DNA of 64,000 nt, from the IMG/VR virus record IMGVR_UViG_3300035515_000158; one strand, written 5' to 3'. A model generated the notes under the pieces. The model worked only from the letters and a program-made list of their open reading frames with translations. It searched no databases and was not told the origin of the DNA. Positions 40,552 to 50,014 of the stretch are shown here, one piece after another. The DNA is from a virus. Its lineage: Duplodnaviria; Heunggongvirae; Uroviricota; Caudoviricetes. Both the position numbers and the translations under genes were made by a program. Positions within the stretch are counted from its first letter, which is position 1. The number at the start of each line of letters is the position of its first letter.

Positions 40552-41854
40552 CTTTTCTATTTCTTATAAAAGTAAATAAATCTTCTGTATTATAAAAACA
40601 TATCTTGTCTTTATAAAAATCTAAATCATATCGTGAAAAGTCTTCTAAAAAATAATAAACCACATCTATACCATGTTCTTGACATTGTTCATATTTTAAT
40701 TTATCTAACTTTAATCTTTTTTCAAATTCTTCTTCACCACCAAATCTTTCAACTATAGTGAAGTGTTGTTCTCCCTGACATTCAATACCAAGTTTTAAGT
40801 CATCATCATAAAAATCTAAACGTAGTGGTTTCTTATCCCTCAACCAATCAAATGTCTTTTGTTGTTCAAACTCAGGAAAACAATTAGATATTTCTGTCTC
40901 TAATTTTGATGAATTACATTTTGGACAACCTTTACCTTGTAAATGACTATTAGGTTCTTGCCAAAATTCACCATGTTCAGGACAAATAATACAGACCTTA
41001 GTTTTATTATTTACATAGTCAACCTTAGAGTAGTCATACTTATTTCCATGTTTTTCTATGGCTTCCTTTATGAATTGTTCAGATGATTTTCTTCTAATAT
41101 CATTATCACAATCAGGACAACCACGACCTCTCAAATGACTATTGGCTTCTTGCCAAAATTCTCCATGAATAGGACATTTGATACACACCTTAGTCCTTGA
41201 ATCTATATAATCAACTTTAGAATAATCATATTTATCACTATGAACTTCTTTCGCTTCCTTTATGAATTGTTCAGTTGTTTTCTTACTTCCACCACAATCA
41301 GGACAACCACGACCTCTCAAATGACTATCGGGTGTTTGGTAAAATTCTCCATGAATAGGACAAATAATACAAACCTTAGTCTTTGAATCTATATATTCAA
41401 CCTTAGAATAGTCATACTTATATCCATGTTTTTTTAGGGCTTTCTCTATAAATTGTTCAGTTGTTAATTTTTTATTTCCACCACACACAGAACAACCATG
41501 ACCATGTAAATGACTATTAGGTGTTTGATAAAATTCGCCATGTTCAGGACAAATGATACATACTTTAGTCTCCATATTTACATAGTTAACTTTTGAATAG
41601 TCATACTTATCTCCATGAACTTTCTGGGCGTCTTTTATGAATTGTTCAGTATTTAATTTTTTATTTCCACCACACACAGAACAACCATGACCATGTAAAT
41701 GATTACTGGGTGTTTGATAAAATTCTCCATGTTCAGGACAAATAATACAAACCTTAGTATGAGTATTTACATAGTTAACTTTTGAATATTCATACTTATC
41801 TCCATGAACTTTCTGAGCTTCTGTTATGAATTGTTCTTTAGTTTTCTTCTTCAT
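40532..41854 (-). CDS. Zn-repeat (5 units) + Vsr/PD-(D/E)XK-like endonuclease
   Basis: 5 repeats; same C-terminal domain; TTTTGTTATTTTTA upstream. Confidence 0.85.
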   Translation of the reverse strand: MKKKTKEQFITEAQKVHGDKYEYSKVNYVNTHTKVCIICPEHGEFYQTPSNHLHGHGCSVCGGNKKLNTEQFIKDAQKVHGDKYDYSKVNYVNMETKVCIICPEHGEFYQTPNSHLHGHGCSVCGGNKKLTTEQFIEKALKKHGYKYDYSKVEYIDSKTKVCIICPIHGEFYQTPDSHLRGRGCPDCGGSKKTTEQFIKEAKEVHSDKYDYSKVDYIDSRTKVCIKCPIHGEFWQEANSHLRGRGCPDCDNDIRRKSSEQFIKEAIEKHGNKYDYSKVDYVNNKTKVCIICPEHGEFWQEPNSHLQGKGCPKCNSSKLETEISNCFPEFEQQKTFDWLRDKKPLRLDFYDDDLKLGIECQGEQHFTIVERFGGEEEFEKRLKLDKLKYEQCQEHGIDVVYYFLEDFSRYDLDFYKDKICFYNTEDLFTFIRNRKDVKKEN

Positions 41855-41898
41855 AAATTAGGTTGAATTATCATATCCTATCAATTTTTAAAAATAAC

Positions 41899-41934
41899 AA
41901 AAAATGGTCACATGAATAAAATCACATGACCATT
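41899..41934 (-). terminator. Intrinsic terminator after nrdD C-terminal gene
   Basis: Minus strand AATGGTCATGTGA-loop-TCATGTGACCATT-TTTT; stem completes only with G-U pairs on this strand. Confidence 0.75.
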
Positions 41935-41952
41935 AATCAAATTTATTTTATT

Positions 41953-43200
41953 TTAAATATGTGTTACTCTACTATATATGTCTGCGAGACGCCCCTGTGA
42001 ACAGTTGTTGCTTTGTCCTAAATATCCACATATTCTTCGTGTGGCTAACAATTTGGTTCTATCTTCACATCCACAATTTGGACAGTGCCAGATATATTTT
42101 CCATCTTCATTTTTGATAAGTTCTATTGTACCCTCGAAGTCACAATTTAAACAGTAATCACTTTTTCCATTGAGTTCAAAATAAATTATCTTGTCATAAC
42201 CATATTTTAAAATCTCAAGTACCACATCAACATTGTTTCTGAGGTCATCCATTTCCACATAACTGATTTGACCACCGGAAGCGATTTTAGAGAGAGGAGC
42301 TTCATATTTAATTTTATCAAAGGCGTTAATGTTCTCATACACAGGGATATGGTATGAATTAGTGACGAACTGACCAACTAAACCTTTACATTCTTTAGGA
42401 AAACGTCTATTAAGGGCTTCCGCGGCTGTACCTGTTAAATTCTCTTCTGGTGTAGAATAAAGTGAGTAACCAATTCTTTCCAGTTCTCTCCATTGTAAAC
42501 ATTTTGTGGCCATGTTCTGCATGACTTGAGTGGCGAAATCAAGAGCACCACCCTCATCATCCGGAAGCCAATGATTTTTTCCAGTCATGAACTTAACACA
42601 TTCATAAAGTCCAATATAACCAAGTGAGAGAGAAGAATTGTCATCATAAAGGAGTTTGTCGATTGTTTCCCCCGGTTGAAGACGTGCAAGAGCTCCATTT
42701 TGCCACATGATTGGAGCCACATCCGAAGTTGTACCTCTGAGATGTTCATGACGTAATCTTAGAGCTCGGTGACATAATTCAAGACGTTCATTGAAGATAT
42801 ACCAGAAACGTTCCATATCACCTTTACTAGAAAATGCAATGTCAGGTAGATTAATTGTGACTACTCCTTGATTGAAAGAAGGCCAAACTTTAGGTGTGCC
42901 TTTTTTCTTGTTCTTGGTTTGGTTTCCATCACTGTCATAATACCTAACGAGAGCAAAACTTCTACAGTTATGGGTATAAATTCCATTAACATCAAAATGA
43001 TTACTTTCTGTTTCAAAATCATAAGAGTGACGTAAATTTTCACCCGCAATAAATTTACCCTTCAATCTATCTCCAACTTTATATATTTTTCTCAAATATA
43101 AAATCTCATTGTTGAGTTTTATACGAAAAGGTTCTTCAAAATTTATTTCATTATTTTTAATGAGATGTCTATTGTCATCCCAAATATTTTTTAAATTCAT
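41953..43200 (-). CDS. nrdD: Split intein C-part (78 aa) + class III RNR C-terminal extein
   Basis: SYDFETESNHFDVNGIYTHN|CRSF; FNQGVVTINLP, TNSYH, CxxC...CxxC, glycyl-radical RICGYL. Confidence 0.92.
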   Translation of the reverse strand: MNLKNIWDDNRHLIKNNEINFEEPFRIKLNNEILYLRKIYKVGDRLKGKFIAGENLRHSYDFETESNHFDVNGIYTHNCRSFALVRYYDSDGNQTKNKKKGTPKVWPSFNQGVVTINLPDIAFSSKGDMERFWYIFNERLELCHRALRLRHEHLRGTTSDVAPIMWQNGALARLQPGETIDKLLYDDNSSLSLGYIGLYECVKFMTGKNHWLPDDEGGALDFATQVMQNMATKCLQWRELERIGYSLYSTPEENLTGTAAEALNRRFPKECKGLVGQFVTNSYHIPVYENINAFDKIKYEAPLSKIASGGQISYVEMDDLRNNVDVVLEILKYGYDKIIYFELNGKSDYCLNCDFEGTIELIKNEDGKYIWHCPNCGCEDRTKLLATRRICGYLGQSNNCSQGRLADIYSRVTHI

Positions 43201-43975
43201 ATGGTTCTAATCTTTTAAATGTATATTTTTTTCTATTTTCTTTTAGATTTAATTCATTATTAGAAACATTAAAATGGTGTAAACATTCGGACTTATTAAC
43301 ACCAAAAAAAACTTCATTAGTCTCATTGTTAATAGATACAAATGGTGTAACTCTATGTCCATCATTAAAATCACTTATATTTTTATACACATCATTTTCA
43401 AACCTAAATATATATCTACCAAATAATTTTCTTTGAATACCATATATTAAGTTATCTTTGGCATTATCAACATAAATTCTTCTTTTGAACGAATACCCTT
43501 TACTTTCAAAAAATCGTTCACAATCGGCATATGAACCAAATCGTGTTTCAATATCAGTGTCCATATCTTTCATAAAAATAACAGTATGATTACCATTATG
43601 TTCACCAGACAAATTTTTTGATATCTTACTACATATCACCTTCATTTCTTCTGGACTTTTATTCAAATATGTATTACCTCCTTCCCCTCCGGGAGTAGAA
43701 TTATAACCAATTTTTTGATTTGTAGAGTTATATAATTTAATATAATATATCTCTTTTTCATTCGCCTCATTTTTTGTTCCTACATTTTCAAGTATAGGCT
43801 CAATTATAAATGATTCACTTCCATATATTCTAATCGCTCTTGAAAAATGTGTATTTAGACCAAATGTTAGAGCACTCTGAATATGCATCCGTAATCTTTC
43901 TTTTATCGTTTTTGATGTCTGTCCAATATATATTTTTCCATTTTGAATATTAGTAATCTTATAAATTGTAAACAT
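43175..43975 (-). CDS. GIY-YIG homing endonuclease
   Basis: TIYKITNIQNGKIYIGQT...R...H, E..YI..YNS..GYN; NUMOD3-like GEHNGN. Confidence 0.9.
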   Translation of the reverse strand: MFTIYKITNIQNGKIYIGQTSKTIKERLRMHIQSALTFGLNTHFSRAIRIYGSESFIIEPILENVGTKNEANEKEIYYIKLYNSTNQKIGYNSTPGGEGGNTYLNKSPEEMKVICSKISKNLSGEHNGNHTVIFMKDMDTDIETRFGSYADCERFFESKGYSFKRRIYVDNAKDNLIYGIQRKLFGRYIFRFENDVYKNISDFNDGHRVTPFVSINNETNEVFFGVNKSECLHHFNVSNNELNLKENRKKYTFKRLEPYEFKKYLG

Positions 43976-44001
43976 AAATTTATCACATTTATTTTATGAT
44001 A

Positions 44002-44030
44002 TATTTATGTTTACAAAACGTCGGCGTTTT
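44002..44030 (-). promoter_or_regulatory. Hairpin plus late-type promoter ahead of the GIY-YIG gene
   Basis: AAAACG-CCGA-CGTTTT (44015-44030) then CATAAATA (44002-44009). Confidence 0.6.
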
Positions 44031-45657
44031 AAACAACTTCAAATTCTACATCATCATCAATATCTTCATGAGATTTAACATCTTGAATAGTTGAAATTTC
44101 ACACTCAACGAGTTTATTATCTTTAGAAACATATAACCTATCATCAGTAATATCTCGAACTTCAATTTCATCACATTTATTAGTTGTAATAATATGATTT
44201 TCAGTACAAACTAATTTATGACCATCATGTAAGATGATATGTTTCCATCCAATATTTGTTCCAATATTTTTCATGACTTTATTAATTTTAACAAAATCTG
44301 AAACATTTGAATCAAACACATACAATTCATCATTTGTTGTGTCAATATATTTGTTTGGATTTCCATCAACATATTGATCAATTTCATCATGATTTTCCTT
44401 TACAAGATTATATACATCTGACATTGTAACCAACATATCTTCACCATCAAATCTAACTCGAACAACCGAATCTCCTGAAACACATCCCATCGAGGGGTAA
44501 CAGATACCTTTTTGTTCCAACATCATTTTTTCGCTTATGTAATCTGGAACCATTTTATCGGCGGTACATTGAGCAGAAAGTTTAGTCAACCAATAATACT
44601 TACTATCCTCATGAATATTATCTTCTTCGAGGGCATATATTAATTTGGGGAAAGGAATTGCAGAGTAGGCACCATTTTTATTTTTAACACCTTTTTTACG
44701 TTGTTTAATTATTTCTGCAATTACTTTGGCCAAGTCTTCTTTTTCATTTTCATCTTTCGCATCATTCAAATACATCCAAAGAGTGATGAATGGGGTTTGA
44801 CCATTGACAGTCATAAGGGTTGAACTTTGGTATTGAAGGATTTGTACACCATCAATAATGTCACGTTCTACCATTTGTTCAATCAACTCATTAAATTTAT
44901 CTTCAGGAATATCAAGACCTTCATATCTTTTTCTGAATGTCTTTCTACTTTCCTCTACGAATGGGGCTAAGTGGGCAACATTAACAGTTTGACCACCATA
45001 TTGAGAACTTGCTACTTGTGCGATAATTTGTGTACAGATATTACAAGCTGTTGAGAATTTATGTGGTTTATCAATTTTCACATTTGAGATAACAGTTCCA
45101 TTTTGAAGCATGTCCTCTAAATTCCATAGACAACAGTTGGTAGACTTCTGACAAAAATAATCAAGATCATGGAAATAAATAATTCGTTCTTCGTGAGCTT
45201 TCCAAATATCTTCCGGGATTAGGTATCTTTTACACAGGTCTTTTGACAGGATACCAGCCATGTAATCTCTTTGGGTTGAAATGATAGTCGGGTTTTTATT
45301 CGCATTTTCTTGTTTAATCAACTCATTATTATTACCCAACAAAGACATAACCATATCATCAGTTGTATTCTTTCTTTGATTGAGTGATTTTTGGTAACGA
45401 TAAGTAATGTATTCTCTGGCAACATCCCATTTCCCATGACTCATTATCTCATTTTCGACCATAATCTGAACGTCACCAGTGTTCAAAGTTCGAGTTTCAC
45501 TTTTACACTTATCCTCAATCGACTTGGCAATGTCTTTAATCTCGTCATTAGTAAATCGGTTGTCAAGTCCAACTCTTTGATTAGCCTGTTGGATAGCCTT
45601 TACGATATTACCCTTGTTAAAGGTGACTTCCGCACCATTATTCTTGATAATTTTCAT
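44029..45657 (-). CDS. nrdD: Class III RNR N-terminal extein (ATP cone) + split intein N-part (151 aa)
   Basis: ATP cone, ENANK, HDLDY, NCCL, QYGGQT, GQTPF, FPKL; YPSMG|CVSGDS..., block B LVCTENH. Confidence 0.92.
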   Translation of the reverse strand: MKIIKNNGAEVTFNKGNIVKAIQQANQRVGLDNRFTNDEIKDIAKSIEDKCKSETRTLNTGDVQIMVENEIMSHGKWDVAREYITYRYQKSLNQRKNTTDDMVMSLLGNNNELIKQENANKNPTIISTQRDYMAGILSKDLCKRYLIPEDIWKAHEERIIYFHDLDYFCQKSTNCCLWNLEDMLQNGTVISNVKIDKPHKFSTACNICTQIIAQVASSQYGGQTVNVAHLAPFVEESRKTFRKRYEGLDIPEDKFNELIEQMVERDIIDGVQILQYQSSTLMTVNGQTPFITLWMYLNDAKDENEKEDLAKVIAEIIKQRKKGVKNKNGAYSAIPFPKLIYALEEDNIHEDSKYYWLTKLSAQCTADKMVPDYISEKMMLEQKGICYPSMGCVSGDSVVRVRFDGEDMLVTMSDVYNLVKENHDEIDQYVDGNPNKYIDTTNDELYVFDSNVSDFVKINKVMKNIGTNIGWKHIILHDGHKLVCTENHIITTNKCDEIEVRDITDDRLYVSKDNKLVECEISTIQDVKSHEDIDDDVEFEVV

Positions 45658-46214
45658 TTTGTATGTTTAGTTGATTTTTTATGATTTTTCAAAATAGGGG
45701 TAATTTTATTTATGAAATTTACGGCGTCATTATTATTCAAAAACCGAATGTCATAAGTTCGATAATTCAGGAAGTCAAATTCGTCGGCTTCCACTCGTCG
45801 TTTCAGACTATCATCTTTCTTACCTCCATTATATCTTTCTTTTAATCTCTTTTTTCTGATTTCAATAGGTATGTCTAAATAGATAATTGTGACACACTTT
45901 AATATATTCTGGTCTAACTTTTCTAAATCTTGAATGTTACCTACTGAAAGAATAGCAACATCACATTTCTTAAAGTCTTCCAAGGTAAACCCATAATACC
46001 AGTTATTAAAGTTTTTTAGTGAGATAAACTTATTCTCATCTATTAATTTTTGGATTTTTTTCTCTGAAACAAAATTATATTCATCACCTTTTTCATTTGG
46101 TCGTTTAGGTCTTGTAGTATATTGTTTCAGTGCAGTGTAACCTTTTTTTATAAATAAATTTTGGCAGTAGTCTTTACCAGACGCCGCCTTTCCGACTAGT
46201 ACATATTTACACAT
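45654..46214 (-). CDS. gmk: Guanylate kinase-like protein
   Basis: VGKAASGKD P-loop, YTTRPKRPNE, YNFVS, WYYG; start likely ATG 46214 (track 46283). Confidence 0.8.
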   Translation of the reverse strand: MCKYVLVGKAASGKDYCQNLFIKKGYTALKQYTTRPKRPNEKGDEYNFVSEKKIQKLIDENKFISLKNFNNWYYGFTLEDFKKCDVAILSVGNIQDLEKLDQNILKCVTIIYLDIPIEIRKKRLKERYNGGKKDDSLKRRVEADEFDFLNYRTYDIRFLNNNDAVNFINKITPILKNHKKSTKHTK

Positions 46215-46431
46215 AAGTAAATTACAATAATTAATATCATCACAGTAATTGTTCAAACTTTCCTGTTTTAAGGAGAGTTTCATAATCTTCTTTCTTTAAT
46301 TTTACGTCTTTTCTTTCTCCATTATCAAAAATTATCGTTAAAATTTCATTTAAATTATTATATATCAATCTTTTAATACCTTTTGTAATCATTTGATAGT
46401 TTTATAATAAAGATAACAAAAAGAGCTACCT

Positions 46432-47274
46432 TTATGGTAACTCTTTCAAAACTTCCTCATTGTACTTTTTATGTTCTGAATTTTCCCACCCATAAATTGG
46501 ATCAATGTAAATCCATCTTTCATTCTCGTGGTTTTTTTCTAAACATCTATTACAATATGGTGAAACCCATCCTAATGTCTTTTTGGTAGCATCTTCACCA
46601 CAATCAATACAAACAAACTTTGATAAATATTCGTATTTTCGTATCACTCTTGAAACTTCCGGAGAGTATGAATTACAATATATATTCAACACTCCCCATT
46701 TTTCTTTAATATCCATAATCCTAAATGATTTTCTATAGGACTTATCAGGATATTTTTTCAGGGCTTCCTTTAATTCCCTACATAATTGAACTCCAAATCT
46801 TTTTCGCCACCCATAAGGAATACAATCATATAAAGAAGATGTTGGAATGATATGAAATAGACCAAGAAATCGTTCCAATTTTTTATAGAACCAATACAAA
46901 AACTTATCTTTTTTGGTGGCTAATTTTAAGATGTATTCAGTCTTCACATATTTCCCATCTAAAAACAGACAATCATCACCAAACTTTTCTTTATATAAGT
47001 CAACATGGTCTTTTGAATATTCACTCCATTTTCTGTATATGTCAGTATATTTTTTTGACAGTTTCCAATTATTGTATCGTTTGTCTGTCATCACATTTCT
47101 TGGATACAAAAATGGAAATCGAATACACAGGTAGATTGACTTGGGAGTGTTACGGACTTTATAACACACATCTTTTATGACATACTTAAAACGACGTATG
47201 ACATAATCGGAATAACTCCCTTGTTTGAAAATTCGATTATATTTCTTTTGACTTAACATGGTAACTTGTCTCAT
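46432..47274 (-). CDS. Hypothetical phage protein with C-terminal Zn ribbon
   Basis: IKEKWGVLNIY, CIDCG...YCNRC. Confidence 0.7.
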   Translation of the reverse strand: MRQVTMLSQKKYNRIFKQGSYSDYVIRRFKYVIKDVCYKVRNTPKSIYLCIRFPFLYPRNVMTDKRYNNWKLSKKYTDIYRKWSEYSKDHVDLYKEKFGDDCLFLDGKYVKTEYILKLATKKDKFLYWFYKKLERFLGLFHIIPTSSLYDCIPYGWRKRFGVQLCRELKEALKKYPDKSYRKSFRIMDIKEKWGVLNIYCNSYSPEVSRVIRKYEYLSKFVCIDCGEDATKKTLGWVSPYCNRCLEKNHENERWIYIDPIYGWENSEHKKYNEEVLKELP

Positions 47275-47351
47275 TTTTATCTAATTTACTAATATAAAAA
47301 TAACAACTTCTGACAACTCCATAAATACTATATCGCTAAATAAAATTAAAA

Positions 47352-49991
47352 ATGGAGAAACTACAATACTTAAAACCATTTAATGAATTTGATAACCGAA
47401 TGATATATGAAGGTTTGGGTGATGCTGGTCAAAAACAGATAAACCGAGCTTTCTTAAATATGGGTAAAATTCCTCTGTCCAATGGTAAATTTATTGTACC
47501 ACTTGAAATTGTAAAGGTGGTATCGGATGCAATTAGTTGGATAAGTAGTGAATTCCGTACATATTACACATTCGCAAGAGACGCAAACATCATATATGTG
47601 ATTAACGATCCAAGTTGTAAAACGATGGCAGTTGACCAATATATGAATATGTACATGGATGTTTTGTTCATTTATAGTAGACTTCAAATGAATCCTGAAT
47701 TGGTCGCCGCAGTTATCATGCACGAGATATTTCATGTTGTATATAATCACATTGAAAGAGGTAAGAATTGGCTCAGTGCTCATGGAAAACCAATGACAGA
47801 ATTTAGGGACACAAACCTCGCTGGTGATATTGAAGTAAACATGACATTGACAAATAAGGGTATTATATCTCCTGAAGATTTGGTTGGTAAAATTCATGGA
47901 CTTTATCTAAGTAAGAAACATGATGTGACCAATATGCCTATGGAGACAATTCTTGAAAATGAAAAGTTGATGGAAAAACTTCGTGCGATGGTGGATGGAC
48001 CGAAGGATAATAGAACAAGGGTTGACACATCTTCTGACTGGGATGATGGATATAAACAAGGTTGGGATGCGGTAGCTAACATTCTTGATAAATTCGGACC
48101 GGAAGAAACGATAAAGAAATTAAAGGAAGCTGGTATTATTGATGAACAAGGTAACTTATTAAAATCAGTTACACAAGATGACTTTAACAATTTGAAGTTC
48201 TTGACTGTATTATCTTATGATGGTTTCTTATGTGAAAATGAAAAACAAAGTAAGTACCAGAGTTTTGATGATGGTTGGTTAGCTGGTGTTGGAAAAGCAA
48301 TTACACTCATAAACCAATCAATTTCAGATGATGAAGTTGGGATGCCCGGTGGAGAACAAGGTGAAGAAGATGGTCAACAACAAGAAGAAGATGTTCCCAA
48401 TTCTAAATTAAAACCTGATGATTTGAAAAAGTTAAATCTTCCTAAAAAAGAAAAGAAACCACAAGAAGGAGGCAAACCACAACTACCTGACAATCTACCA
48501 ACCAATGTGGATAATGATGATGACGATTACACTGGTGACATGAGAACTCCACCACGAAATCAAAATGGAGATAATAATCAAAATGGAGAAGGTGATGGTG
48601 ATGACAGTCAAGAAGGTGAAGGTGGAAATGGTCAAGGTCAAGGAAAAAAATCTAACAAACAAGGTGAAAATGGTGAATCAGGTGAAGGTTCTGAAGGTGA
48701 AAAATCTGGTGATGGACAAGGTTCTGAAAATAGACAAGAAGGTTCAGACATGGATGGTGAATCAGGAGAAGGTGTAGAAGGTGAAAAAACCGGCAGGGGA
48801 CAAGGTTCAAACAAAGGACAAGAAGGTTCAAACAAAGGTGGTCAATCAAATGGAGATGAATCAAATGGTGGTCAAGGTGGTCAATCAAATGGAGATTCAC
48901 AAGGTGCCGGACATGGTGGTTCAAACTCTGGTGATGGAGATGGTGATGTGAATAAATTGGCTAATGATTTGAAAAACAAACAAAATAAAAAGTCATTAGA
49001 ACATGGTTCACCAAATGATTCATATGCAGACCAACCCAAAGGTTCAGGTGAAGATAAAAATAGTGTAGGTGATACAGGTTCTTTCATCAATGACCCTGAT
49101 TCTGCATTTGCTAAGAAAGTGTTAAAAAATTCAGGTTATTCTGATGAAGATATAAACAACATTATTGAAGATACTATTGACAAGAATAAACGTCTAAACA
49201 CTCCGGAAGCGATTAAGGATAAACGTCAAAAACTATATTCTAAATTATCTCCAAGTGATCCTGTTAAAAAGCTGTTGAAAAATATTGAGGTATCTGAGGA
49301 AAAGTATCAAAATATTTGGAAGAAGATAATGAAAAAATTCTTGGGTAAAAATTGTCGTCGTGCTGGTAATGATGTAATATCTAAGAGTTTTGACTGGAAA
49401 GATAAGAAAGCTATTGCACTTGGTAGATTTGCTCCCAATTTCCACAAAGAAGCTCAAGAACCACAAATGATAAATATATATGTAGACGTTTCTGGTTCTG
49501 TTAATACTGAGTTATTGGAGGTCATAGCCAAGAGTTTGTGTATATTCTGTAAACAATTTAATTACAGTGGTATCAACATTATTCCTTGGGCATCCACTTC
49601 AAACGGTATTCACCAAGTAGAAAGTATCAGTAAAAATGGTGAAGAAAAAACCTGTCAAGAAATTTTAGGTTACATCTCAGAAGGTGTTAGTGAATGTGGA
49701 GGTGGTACAGACCTTATACGAGCTTTCTTACCACAGATAGTAAGTATTTCATTAGACAAGAAAAGACAGAAACGTGATGACAAACATATAATCATTACCG
49801 ATGGACAAACTGGTGGTGAAGAAAAACGTATTGAGGAATTAATCTCAAACAAATGTGGTTCTATTGTTTGTAAGAATTGTTTCTACATGATATATGACGC
49901 TCCCTCAATGGTTAGAGAATCTTGGGATGAAGCTATTGAAAAAGGAACAGTTATATATGTAGATTCAAATATTGTAATCGGAAATAAATAA
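47352..49991 (+). CDS. HExxH peptidase-like (DUF2201-N-like) + low-complexity linker + VWA domain protein
   Basis: TMAVD, HEIFH, DIEVN; G/E/N/Q-rich linker; MIDAS DVSGS, GGGT, ITDG; CATAAATA at 47320-47327. Confidence 0.85.
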   Translation: MEKLQYLKPFNEFDNRMIYEGLGDAGQKQINRAFLNMGKIPLSNGKFIVPLEIVKVVSDAISWISSEFRTYYTFARDANIIYVINDPSCKTMAVDQYMNMYMDVLFIYSRLQMNPELVAAVIMHEIFHVVYNHIERGKNWLSAHGKPMTEFRDTNLAGDIEVNMTLTNKGIISPEDLVGKIHGLYLSKKHDVTNMPMETILENEKLMEKLRAMVDGPKDNRTRVDTSSDWDDGYKQGWDAVANILDKFGPEETIKKLKEAGIIDEQGNLLKSVTQDDFNNLKFLTVLSYDGFLCENEKQSKYQSFDDGWLAGVGKAITLINQSISDDEVGMPGGEQGEEDGQQQEEDVPNSKLKPDDLKKLNLPKKEKKPQEGGKPQLPDNLPTNVDNDDDDYTGDMRTPPRNQNGDNNQNGEGDGDDSQEGEGGNGQGQGKKSNKQGENGESGEGSEGEKSGDGQGSENRQEGSDMDGESGEGVEGEKTGRGQGSNKGQEGSNKGGQSNGDESNGGQGGQSNGDSQGAGHGGSNSGDGDGDVNKLANDLKNKQNKKSLEHGSPNDSYADQPKGSGEDKNSVGDTGSFINDPDSAFAKKVLKNSGYSDEDINNIIEDTIDKNKRLNTPEAIKDKRQKLYSKLSPSDPVKKLLKNIEVSEEKYQNIWKKIMKKFLGKNCRRAGNDVISKSFDWKDKKAIALGRFAPNFHKEAQEPQMINIYVDVSGSVNTELLEVIAKSLCIFCKQFNYSGINIIPWASTSNGIHQVESISKNGEEKTCQEILGYISEGVSECGGGTDLIRAFLPQIVSISLDKKRQKRDDKHIIITDGQTGGEEKRIEELISNKCGSIVCKNCFYMIYDAPSMVRESWDEAIEKGTVIYVDSNIVIGNK

Positions 49992-50014
49992 AAAGAAAAT
50001 AATCAAATATAATA

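Noticed and set aside
37758-41854. CRISPR array or diversity-generating retroelement
   Set aside because: Repeats are in-frame protein modules without unique spacers; no reverse transcriptase in the window and I saw no adenine-restricted TR/VR pattern.
43175-44030. Group I intron carrying the GIY-YIG gene within nrdD
   Set aside because: Only ~53 nt of non-coding DNA upstream and an overlap downstream, too little for an intron core; each half has its own stop/start and intein motifs.
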